This document shows positions 14,001 through 27,104 of a stretch of 64,000 bases of DNA, piece after piece. The position numbers and the translations under genes were made by a program. The DNA is from Perna viridis (taxonomy: Eukaryota), in assembly GCA_037379345.1 (NCBI GenBank), contig CM074512.1, positions 66,423,597 to 66,487,596 of the forward strand, given 5' to 3'. Each line of letters begins with the position of its first letter. The stretch's first letter is position 1. The notes under the pieces are model-generated. The model was not told the origin of the DNA and searched no databases. It saw only the letters and a list, made by a program, of their open reading frames with translations.

Positions 14001-17000
14001 TTTAACAGTAATTATATTCCTTCATGCACATCTAAATATGATACCCAACCTTCCTATAAAATTTTATCAATATCCCATGAGCTTTTTAGGAGGAGTTGCA
14101 CTTAAAAGGTTTTACCATGTAAAACCCTAATTTGGATTATCTCCCTTAGGAGCCCTCTGACAGTAATTATATTCCTTCATGCATATCTACATATGATTTC
14201 CAACCATTCTATAACATTTCATTTAAAGCCCTAGAGCAATGTAAGAGTAGTTGCACTTATGAGGTTTTAACATGTGAAACCCTAAATTTGGATTATCTTC
14301 CTTTGAAGTCCTCTGACAGTAATTCCTATCCTTCATGCACATCTACATACTAAACCCAACCTTCCTATAAAATTTCATCACAATCCCTTGAGTGGTTTAG
14401 TAGGAGTTGCTCTTACAAGAAATGTGGACAGACAGATGGACGGCACAACCTACAGAGAAACGGACAGACAGAGAAACAGACTGAATGGGAGATTCCTATA
14501 TACCCCCAAATTTTGTTTGTGGAGGTATAAAAAGAGGTCTCCCTTAACTGATTTCTGTGAACTCCAACACATTAAATTTTCAATAACTACTAATCATTCA
14601 CAAAAATTTGAATGAAACCCACCAAAAAAGGCACAATCTATGTAACAAGCCAAAATCATTGATTTTATACTGAATTCCCCTCCCAAGAAAGTGGTTCCCC
14701 TGACCAATTTCAGTGTCAATTAAAGCCATACAAGATGTTATTGATAATAACAATTCACCAAAGTTTGAAGGAAACTGGTCAAAAATAGAGGCACTACCTA
14801 GGCAACAACATGTAGGCGTCAAAAACATTATACCTCCAAAACTCTGATATTTGAGGTATAATCATATATGTTCTCTTCTAGACTTAGATGAATGGTCTGA
14901 TACCAGAATATTTCTACTAACATTTAGGTTATTTCAAATATTAAAGCCTTCAATTTCATAAAAATCCATGACAACCATTAACAAAAGTTAATCTCCCCTT
15001 TCCACTCCATAATAAACCACCCTTGGTCTATGATACCTGAATATTTCCACTTACCTTTAGGGTACCTCCATCCAGCATGAATCTACCATCAGCATCATTT
15101 ACCAGGGTATATGTGAAGGTCTGGTTTTGGTCAGGATCTTCTGTAACTAATTCTCCAACGACTGTGCCTTCTGGACTCATCTCAGCTACCTGTTTGAAAC
15201 GAAAGTTTGAAATTGTCACAAAGAATTTGGATCTAGTAATCAAAGATACCCCAGCATTAAACATGAAGTTGCATACCTTGTGGTGCTATGCACACCCCAA
15301 CTTATACAGGAAGGTGGTATTGGTGAGCAATCAAAATTGCTTACAACATATGCCTTATCTATATCTTATCACACACCAAATTTTAATTCAATCCATCCAT
15401 GAGGAGCAGAGAAAATTGCGAGAAAAATTCAGATGGACGGAAAGACAAGGTGATTCCAATTTTCTATCCTCTTGATGAATAGGGCATAAAAATGTGAACA
15501 AAACAGTCTTAACAACTGAAGTGTAAATTATATTATTTCACATGATCTATAATGGACTACAAAATGGGGTTAATATTGTTTACAGTGGTTCTTTAATTGT
15601 TATTCAGAAACTAAAAGCAGTACACTGACTTGCAGTGTTTTGTCAAAGTGAAATGTCAAATAAACAAAAGGACCAAAGAACTGTTGTGTGTTCACATTAA
15701 ATAATGTATTATGCAGTGAATAAATCCACTATTACATGAGAGGAGAGGTAACTCAAACTAAAAATGAGTGACAAACTGCATATAATACTTGTACCATAAC
15801 AAGTTTTAAACAAATCAATCAATTTAAAGTTGAGTTAATTGGAAATAATTCAGACAAACAGAATGATGGAGAGATGGATTGACAAACCAATAAAGTGTTT
15901 TCAACCCATTTGTTGCAATTAACAATACTACATTTGAAAAAAGGTTCAAAACAATTTCTGAACTTCCAGGAAATTTGTTAAAGAACTAATCATTTAGGAC
16001 AAGTCCATTTTTCTTGAATACAACTTCTTTTTGGTGTATTTCACACTTTTGTTGATAGGTTTAGAATAAAGTGATTCCAATATACCACCCATTAGTTGAG
16101 TGGGGGTATAAAATGAATAAAGAGCTGTCGCTTTTTGTTTCTTTCCACTTGCATAACATTAATGAAGGATATCAACTTTTCCACAGGCTGTACACCATTA
16201 TCCTATTATACATACAGTATTCTCTGTCAGCTCCATTTTAGTAGGAAGTTCATTGATGTCTGCAATAACCAATGTAAATGTCTTTGTAACGCTGAGGGCA
16301 CCACTATCTGTGACCTTCACCTCAATATCAATGGATGGCTGTGTCTCATGGTCCAAGTCAGCATCTGTAATTACGAAATTTTTCTGTCAGGTATCATGTA
16401 TATACATAAATATTTACTGGTAAATTAAGAAATTTAGGCAATTATTTTGGTGATATGAATAACCAGGGGAGAAATGCATGGTTTATTTTCATGACTCCCT
16501 TCTTGAATGAAAAAAATAAATCAGGACATTTCAGTGCTTGCTGTTAGTATTTACCAAGTCAAATGTCAGTTAACATTCATTTCTGATTTTGGTACACAAT
16601 ACACATTTCTCTTAAATTCTTTCCCAAACCCTTTCACTGTAATCAAGAGGATAGAGTACTAAAATATTAAACAAATGAACACAATACAACCGTAGGGTGG
16701 GTTTAAAAGAATTATGTAACAACTGACATTTTGGCAGACCTAAAACTGAAGACCCTGAATCGCTCACCTGGCTTGATAAATGCATTCTATTTTTGTAAAA
16801 GCAACCATTTTTCTTTCATAATAAAGAGCATAAAGCAACTAAAATCATACATACAAAGTAACAAAAGCATATGACCAACTTGGACTCCACTAAAAACTGG
16901 AAGGATGGACCAGATGCACCAGTAGGGTAAACATACCCTGCTTTTCTAGAAACACCCGCCGAGTTGATCTTAAAAAGTCAAGTCCAGGGTAGACAAAAGT

Positions 17001-20000
17001 GGAAAGGAAAACTATGACACACTGAACAAATCAGATTTCATGGCGCAGATGGATACACCATAAAGATCCACGAGTTCATGATGACAACCATAAAACTTCT
17101 GTAGTGATGACTTCAATCTAGTAGCAACACAACCCTGTTCAAGAAGCCTATTTGTTAGAATTCTAGCATGATACAAAAAGTCTGTGTAGTTTTGGCAAGC
17201 TCTGGCATAATGTATGAGTTGTGATATGAACAATCCATACACAGGTGCTGAAGGGATGTTGCCACAGATGAAAGGAAAGTTGACAATTTGGAATGAAAAG
17301 TCATTACATTTGTTGTAAAGTTTGGTCAATAGTTTTCCTTCACCATCGATTTCTAAGTGTAGGTTAAGATATGAGGCTGACTTCACAGTGTCTGTAGTAT
17401 CCTTTACCTTAAGTTCTTTGGGGTAGATGTGATGTATCAAATCCCTGAAATTAGGATAGTTTAAAGAGAATAAGTCATATATATAGCAGAAACTTAGTTC
17501 AAAGGATCTAGCAAAACGATATTCTTTCTTTTGGATCTGATTAACTATGAAGTCAGCCAAATAAGAGTGAAGAAATAGACCAGCAAGTAGAAGAAGGGCA
17601 ATAACTCTATTATGGCTTAACAGATTTACATGAATATTTCATCACTAGTAGATCTCATCAATGACACCATGCTGAACAGTTTGCCCTACACAGAATTGGT
17701 TAAACCTAACAGTTTTGGAGATATGTGCAAAAAACTTCTGTCTGACCCAAGAGTCCAGAAATTCTAACAGCCCATGCTGGTCATTTTATCAAACTTCAGC
17801 AGACATCTGTGTCAGTCTTGCTCAGAACGAAAAACAGCCAAAAGCTTCCGAGTGATGAAAAAAGTTGCTTATCTCAAATACATTCTGTATATTTATTTAA
17901 ATGGGTTGTTTACTTCTGCGTTAAAAAGATTCAATTGACAAAATAATAATTACAATCTAAGACTGATTCGTAGATTCAGCACCATATGTGCTTTCGTTAC
18001 CTCTGAAAGATCAGCGGGAAAATGATCGATTGACATCTCAATCATTTTCTATAAATGTATGAAAATTGTCCAAGTCACTTCAATTAATTCGTATATGCAA
18101 TGGGGCAGGACTTGTACCGTTAAATCAATTATGCAATCAACTAATCAGTTACAGGTAAATCACAGTCACAGGTGGCTGCACATTGGCTAAAATTGACACA
18201 CACCTGTCAATCAATTTCCAATTAACAATTAGGAGACAGGTAGACAGGAAGTTTATACACTAATAAAACCACACAGACTGAAATTTATAAGGGTTGACAA
18301 TTTTTTATGTCTGATATTGGAAAATGGTCGTCGTACATTTGCAAAATTTGTTGGTCAATGACCAGCATTTTTTACCATTTCCGGACCAATGGTCTGACCC
18401 CAATGTTGTGTTTTAGAAGAGATTTTTTTTTAAGATTTAAGGTTCCACTATATAGATACATCACTGCAGATAACTTTATGACAATTTGAGGAAATAAAGC
18501 TATATTAAGACACTTAAACAAGCAAATCCAACAATCTTTTCTAATAAAAAGTATTTTTTAAAACCTTACATCACAGAGACCCATGAACTAGAGGCTCAAG
18601 AGAGTCTGAATCGCTCACCTTGTTAACCATTTGCTTAATTGAAAAACTTGAGGAATGAGACAGGCCAAGTTAAAATCAACTAAATTGTCAAATGCAAGAA
18701 ATGCTTTTCATAGCATTTTCATGATCTGAACCAGAATTTTGCTAAAGGCAACAATTTTTGAATTTTTTCCAAAAAACCTGTCTTATGACCCCAAATTCCA
18801 TTTTTAGTATAGGCAGCCATATTTATTCACGGATTAAAAATCACAACAGTCATTTTGAGCACAATACACTAAAGAACTATTATGCTTATTTTCTTTCAAT
18901 GATCTTAAATGGTTTTAGAGAAGAAGATTTTCGAAGTTGTACATGTGAAAAAAAAACAACAAAGAAACTGTTTCAGGAGTCGTAAACTCCTTCATAAGTC
19001 AATGAATGGTTTTGAAAATTTTAGCATCAGTCCTTCTCTTGATGCTTAATAATTTTACCCTATGCCAGAAAGTTGGTAAAGGCAATGGTTTTTGAGCTAT
19101 TTGCAAAAAACTGCCATCTGACACTATGTTCTATTTTTAGTAACGGCGGCCATATTTTTTCATGAATCAACAATCCCAACAGTCATTTTGTGTGGGATAC
19201 CCTCAGGAACATAAATGCCAACTTTCATTGAATTCTGTGCATTGGATTTGAGAAGAAGATTTTCAAAGTCGCACATGCAAAAAATGCAAAAAAAAAACTC
19301 TTTCAGGGGCAATAACTCCTACATCAAATGACCAATTGTTTTGAAAATTTTGGCATAGGTCTGTCTCATAATGCTGAACAATATAATCTGCCAGAAATTT
19401 GCTAAAGGTCAATGGTTTTTGAGTTATTTGCAAAAAACTGCAATCTGACACTATGTTCTATTTTTAGTAATGGCGGCCATGTTTTTTCATGAATCAACAA
19501 TCCCAACAGTCATTTTGTGTGGGATACCCTCAGAAACATAAATGCCTACTTTCATTGAATTCTGTGCAATGGATTTTGAGAAGATTTTCAAAGTTGCACA
19601 TGCGAAAAATGAAAAAAAAAAACTGTTTCAGGGGACGTAACTCCTACGTAAGTTGACCAATCTTTTTGAAAATTTTGGTATAGGTCCATCTCATGATGCT
19701 AAACAATAATTACCCATGACTGAAATTTGTTAAAGGCAACGGTTTTTGAGTTATTGATAAAAAACTGCAATCTGACACCTATGTTCTATTTTTAGCAACC
19801 ATATTTTTTCATGCATCAAAAATCCCAACAGCCATTTTGTGTGGGATACCCTCAGAAACATAAATGCCAACTTTCAATGAATTCTGTACATTGGATTTTG
19901 AGAAGAAGATTTTCAAAGTTGCACATGCCAAAAAAGAAAAAAAAACTCTTTCAGGGGCGATAACTCATACATCAGTTGACCAATTGTTTTGAAAATTTTG

Positions 20001-23000
20001 GCATAGGTCCATCTCATGATGCTAAACAATATTACCCACGCCAAAAATTTGTTAAAGGCAACGGTTTTTGAGTTATTGGCAAAAAACTGCAATCTGACCC
20101 CTATGTTCTATCTTTAGTAACAGCAGCCATATTTTTTCATGGATCAAAAATCCCAATGGTCATTTTATGCAGAACACCCTAAGAAACAATCATACCAAGT
20201 TTAAAACCTGTCAGTCCAGTAGTTTCAGAGAAGAAGATTTTTTAAAATTTGCCCACAACAACGCTGACGACAACGGACGCCAAGTGATGGCATTATTTTA
20301 AAAAAAAAAATTAAAAGTGTACTTTTTCTGCTCATTTGTTCATGATTTTAATTTTTAAAGTTTGAGCAAAAATTTACATTTTTGAAAAGCAGCAACTTGG
20401 TGCAGGGAAGAGGACCCAATCTGGTAAGAACCTGAATCTTTCCCAATAGCTTAAAGCATGCATTGTACACCTCTTTACCTTCACAAGTATTGCAACTATT
20501 TATGTACTCTATGCTCCATTACCCACAATCAACATTTCCACCAAGTTTCACCTTTTATTTTTAAGTTTTACAAAATTAGACCGGGTCAGTTTTGTGTACG
20601 AAACAGTGCACCTCAATCCTATCTGTATAGTGCAACCTAAAATCACAACATCAATTCTATGCAGAATACACTCAGGAACATTCATACCAAGTCTGGTTCA
20701 AACAGGCCCAGTTGTTTCAGAGAAGAGTTTTGAAAAATTGTTAAAGACAATGATGGACGATAACGGACGCCCAGTGATGGCAATAGCTCACATGGCCCTT
20801 TGGGCAAGGTGAGCTAAAAAGAGTATAAAATCAATGTCCTATATGAGAAAGAACAAAAAGTTGATCCACCACTGACATGTAAACAAACTTTTAACACAGA
20901 GGAAAATGTTTTCAAGTCCAACAAAAACTTTAACTACCCATAATTAAGCTTCAATCTACCAAAAGTCATCAAAAAAACCCTGAAATTCCACTGATATTTT
21001 AAAGTAAAGTTCTTTCAAGAATCATGCATGGGTGACTTATTGAAACAAAGGTTTCAGGTTTTTAAAATTTCATCTATGCATTAGGTGCATTTGCTGACAT
21101 TTTCCTTTATATTGATTCTTAAATACAAGTTCAACTAGAACAGCTATATAGGATTTACCCTGTTTCACATTGCAGTAACCATATAGTAAAAATATTAACA
21201 TGCAGTAAGCTGATGTTGTTACAATCAGATATCAAATCCCACAACAGACCTATAAAACAATCTTCTATCAAGTGGCTATATTAAGTAGTTACAGAAAAAA
21301 CTGTAACAGAACTGTAACTGCAAAAGGGGGGTTTGGGGAGGAGGGGGGAATTAAAACATAAAGAAGTAAAGGGTAATGAAGCTTTTCCCAAACTAATCCC
21401 CACTAATTTCTACTACAACCAAAGGGTTGTAATATCTTTGTACCAGCTGACACAGAAAGTTGTCCGTTAGTGCTCAACACAAATTTCCCATCTGCATTGT
21501 TTGTAAGTGTGTACATGTGAGTGTCTGTTTTGTCTGGGTCAACCACACTAAAGATGCCCACAGTCACATCATTTAAGTTTTCCTCAACTTCAGGTTGTCC
21601 GCCAACAAAGGTTATATCCTGTTGTTTTATGGTATAACAGAACAATTAATTTTTAATGCTATATATATATTATGGTTACTTGGAAGCAAACAACTATTCA
21701 AAGCATTCATCTGAACTATTTTTTACTAATCTTTTTACATATTTTTTTCTGAATAAAGCAAGATATTTTTCCACAGTGACACAAGGCTCAGCACTATCAC
21801 CCCAAATTACAATTTGATTTTATTTTCATAAGTTTGTTCCTTAAAAAAAAACAAAACATGTATATAGTAGGTTTCATAGACAACTAACAGCCTTAACACA
21901 AATCTGAACATAAGGCATGATGGATAGACAAAAAAAAAAACACCAAACCCCCTCCCACTCCCCAAATAACTTATGTTGATTTTGAGCAATTTTTTTGTCC
22001 ATGAAAAACTACAGACCAAAAGTAATCTGAAATCAATTTCTAGACAACCTGCTGGATTTAAAATAATGTAAACGTAAAATTTTTGCGGCAAATCTATTTT
22101 CGCTATTTTTGTGGTAAGACTATAAATGCGAATATTTAACTGTTGTTTTGAAGAACATTGTATTTCCATTTGAGGATCGACTTTTATTTAAAACTGCGCA
22201 AAAGCAGATGGATTACAGAAACTGTGAAAAAATTTCCCGATTTACAGTTAACTTTTGGCCATACTTTAGTTGACAGCTTTCATTGTAAATTAACATAGAC
22301 TTACAGAAGGAGCTTCATTTACATCAATTATTGTCAATGGAAATGTTTCTATAGTTTTCTTTCCTGCAGTATTTGTAACTTCTGACAGAAGAGTATACTG
22401 ATTCACATTTTCATAATCTAATGCGGAGTCTACCAACACCTGGGCTGAGCAGATTCTCTTCTGATCCTAAAATAGAAGGTAACAACTTTATTTTCAAAGA
22501 AATCACCTTTTCCTAATGGTGTATACATATTTCTAAGCAAACAAGCAACTCGTAACCATATGCATATCCCCCACCCCCTCTACAAAAAAAGTTGATGTGC
22601 AAAATTCCAATAATTCCTGTAAAATTTGTCAAATCCAAAAGGCAGCAAAATATGATCAACATTAAATGATGACTAACAATCCTATAAAGTTTGAACAAAA
22701 TCTGTCACATGGTTTCCGAGGAGTTGTGTCCACAAGAGCAACAAGATGGACACAGGCTTAAATGGACACTAGCATTTCTATGCCCCCTTCCACATAGTGG
22801 TGGTAGACAAAAAATTTGATCGATTATGGTTTAATATCAATCATGTACTATAATTCATGCATCCCGAATAAGATTGATTGACTTATCAAACAGATCTGCT
22901 TTGTACTAGTCTGACATGCTGAGCCAGATCTTTATTGTGCTGGCTAACACAAGCAACAGCCCCTACATAGGCATGCCACCCCACTCAGACACATTATTAA

Positions 23001-26000
23001 GGCTCAATCATCACTCTGTCCCATCAAATAATGTGTGCTTGGATAAAAAGGCAGTGACAACAAATCTTAACGTCTTTGGCGAGCATGCTACCCAGAGACT
23101 ACCAAGGTGGTTGAAGCCTGACAAGAGACAACTCCTATAGAAACCTGTGGTTTTTAATATAAAAAACTTAACTCCTATAAATTGAGGGCAAAATGCACAA
23201 AAAATTCTAACTAAGGAATCAGTCTAAGGACATCCTACAAAAACATGTCATGGTCCAAGAAGTAAAAACACTCAAACATGTCATGGTCCAAGAAGTAAAA
23301 ACACTCAAACACGTCATGGTCCAAGAAGTGAAAACATTCAAACATGTCATGGTCCAAGAAGTAAAAACACTCAAACACGTCATGGTCCAAGAAGTAAAAA
23401 CACTCAAACACGTCATGGTCCAAGAAGTAAAAACACTCAAACACGTCATGGTCCAAGAAGTAAAAACACTCAAACACATCATGGTCCAAGAAGTAAAAAA
23501 GTAAAAACACTCAAACATGTCATGGTCCAAGAAGTAAAAAAGTAAAAACACTCAAACATGTCATGGTCCAAGAAGTAAAAACACTCAAACACCTCATGGT
23601 CCAAGAAGTAAAAACACTCAAACACGTCATGGTCCAAGAAGTAAAAACACTCAAACACATCATGGTCCAAGAAGTAAAAAAGTAAAAACACTCAAACATA
23701 TCATGGTCCAAGAAGTAAAAACACTCAAACACATCATGGTCCAAGAAGTGAAAACACTCAAACACGTCATGGTCCAAGAAGTGAAAACATTCAAACATGT
23801 CATGGTCCAAGAAGTAAAAACACTCAAACATGTCATGGTCCAAGAAGTAAAAACACTCAAACACATCATGGTCCAAGAAGTAAAAACACTCAAACACGTC
23901 ATGGTCCAAGAAGTGAAAACATTCAAACATGTCATGGTCCAAGAAGTAAAAACACTCAAACATGTCATGGTCCAAGAAGTAAAAACACTCAAACACGTCA
24001 TGGTCCAAGAAGTAAAAACACTCAAACACGTCATGGTCCAAGAAGTAAAAACACTCAAACACATCATGGTCCAAGAAGTAAAAAAGTAAAAACACTCAAA
24101 CATGTCATGGTCCAAGAAGTAAAAAAGTAAAAACACTCAAACATGTCATGGTCCAAGAAGTAAAAACACTCAAACACATCATGGTCCAAGAAGTAAAAAC
24201 ACTCAAACACGTCATGGTCCAAGAAGTAAAAACACTCAAACACATCATGGTCCAAGAAGTAAAAAAGTAAAAACACTCAAACATATCATGGTCCAAGAAG
24301 TAAAAACACTCAAACACATCATGGTCCAAGAAGTGAAAACACTCAAACACGTCATGGTCCAAGAAGTGAAAACATTCAAACATGTCATGGTCCAAGAAGT
24401 AAAAACACTCAAACATGTCATGGTCCAAGAAGTAAAAACACTCAAACACATCATGGTCCAAGAAGTAAAAACACTCAAACACGTCATGCTCCAAGAAGTG
24501 AAAACATTCAAACATGTCATGGTCCAAGAAGTAAAAACATTCAAACATGTCATGGTCCAAGAAGTAAAAACACTCAAACATGTCATGGTCCATGAAGTAA
24601 AAACACTCAAACACATCATGGTCCAAGAAGTAAAAAAGTAAAAACACTCAAACACATCATGGTCCAAGAAGTAAAAACACTCAAACACATCATGGTCCAA
24701 GAAGTGAAAACATTCAAACATGTCATGGTCCAAGAAGTAAAAACACTCAAACACATCATGGTAAAAAAGTAAAAACACTCAAACATGTCATGGTCCAAGA
24801 AGTAAAAAAGTAAAAACACTCAAACATGTCATGGTCCAAGAAGTAAAAACACTCAAACACATCATGGTCCAAGAAGTAAAAACACTCAAACACGTCATGG
24901 TCCAAGAAGTGAAAACATTCAAACATGTCATGGTCCAAGAAGTAAAAAAGTAAAAACACTCAAACATGTCATGGTCCAAGAAGTAAAAACACTCAAACAC
25001 ATCATGGTCCAAGAAGTAAAAACACTCAAACACATCATGGTCCAAGAAGTGAAAACATTCAAACATGTCATGGTCCAAGAAGTAAAAACACTCAAACATG
25101 TCATGGTCCAAGAAGTAAAAACACTCAAACACCTCATGGTCCAAGAAGTAAAAACACTCAAACACATCATGGTCCAAGAAGTGAAAACATTCAAACATGT
25201 CATGGTCCAAGAAGTAAAAACACTCAAACATGTCATGGTCCAAGAAGTGAAAACATTCAAACATGTCATGGTCCAAGAAGTGAAAACATTCAAACATGTC
25301 ATGGTCCAAGAAGTAAAAACACTTAAATATATGAACATTATCAAATCATAAAGTTAACAATTACAAAATGTAATTTGACATGTTTTTTATCATAAAATTT
25401 AACTGACCCATCTCACTAAAAAAAATAACCACAGATGAAAATAATACTGAGTGAGACTTTGATTTCAGCATATTAATATGTGACAACCAAAGCAAAAATG
25501 TGAATCAACAGATGGCAAGTGTCAGTAATGATCTTTTAGAATTCTGGGGTTAACAAATGAGATGTAATAATTATATGACCATATGCTACAAAATGCTCAA
25601 TTCAGTCTTCCTAAGACATCTAACAAAAAACTTAAAATCATGAATCTTTTAAAAACAATACTGTGTAATAAAATACCTGTGAACATGCTTAAGAAACAGA
25701 AACTGCAAACAAACAAAAATTCTGCAAAAACCAAAATCTTTTCTTCTCTAAAACTAGAGGTTATCATAACACCCTTGCATAATAAATATTCGAAGTTTAA
25801 AAAAGGATTACTATTCCTAATAATAAATGATATATATACATCATAATCAGAATTAATCATGAAAATAAGTAATAAGCATTAAAAAAGATTTAGTTGAACA
25901 GTTCTCTCATTATTACCGTAGAGATATAGTGTGCCAGTCTCAAAAAACCAATAACAGAGGAAAGGATTAACTAAACAAAATGAACAATTCTATAATTACA

Positions 26001-27061
26001 TAACTAGTCAAGCAGGGGCATTAAAATGTAGCTTTACCTGTGTTTCACACAATGAGTCTGACAATTTCAGAATTCCCAATCCCTCAGAATCTTTGATATT
26101 AAATGACATATCCAGGGCATCACCATGTTCTCCTTTTAAAGTGCCAATCATTTCATCAACAGTGGAATTCTCCGGAATACTTGGTTTACCATCCTCAAAT
26201 GTAGTGGTGCCACCTTCACTGGTAAATGTCAAGGTTATAAAGGTTTCTCCTATCACAGTAATTGAGAACATCTTATCTGTCTGTGATAAAAAATAAAATG
26301 TCACAAGAAATGGATTCCAAACAACTTCTTTGGTTCCTACCACTCCCAATCAGAGTGGATTTCTAATATGCAAATGTGATAATTGTTAATCGCAGGTAGA
26401 AAATTTATACCTAGTATTATATAATTTATGCAAATTACTTGTTAATTGTAATTCCACACCTTTGGTTGTGAAACAGAAGAAAAAGATTCTTATACTCGTC
26501 ATCTATTGAAGATCTGGGATTTCTTCTGCAAGTGTGAGAAATTCTTTGTTTTTTCACTATTTCTGTGGAGATTCACTCCTCAAAAGATGGAATTTTTCTC
26601 ACTCGTGGAAAAAATCCTTGTCACATATTCAATAGAGACTTATGTAAGAATCTATTATACTTCAATGTTATTCCAATACACTAAAAGCATGCATGTTAAT
26701 TACAAAGAAGACATTGACAGTAATAGTCCTTGTTAAGAAAATGTTGATTTCAAATCAAAAATCAATTTATTGCTCTTATATTTTTGTTTTCTGGTTTTAT
26801 TGAATTAAAATATAAGAAATGTTTCCAATCGTTGGTTAGATTATTGAATATAAACAACTTTGGGTCAGTTTACCCTGCAACATAAACCATCTCCAAGTTG
26901 TTTATATCTTATAATTTAACCAAAAATTAAAAACAATCCTTAAATAAATAACAACAAATTATTGAGAAAACCTATATAATAAACAGGAAAATAATTTGGT
27001 TATCACAAACAATCAATGTATGATTACTCCTACTGACCTTTTTTGTAAGCTTTTTTTTTTT

Positions 27062-27104
<43 letters not shown>

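Noticed and set aside
7343-25325. CRISPR-like arrays
   Set aside because: Units are head-to-tail with no unique spacers, there are no cas genes, and the context is a eukaryotic intron
23219-25351. Repeat ORFs on both strands (FLDHDVFECFY, VQEVKTLKHVM)
   Set aside because: Open in several frames only because the 33-bp unit lacks stops there; 8-bp insertions shift the frame freely
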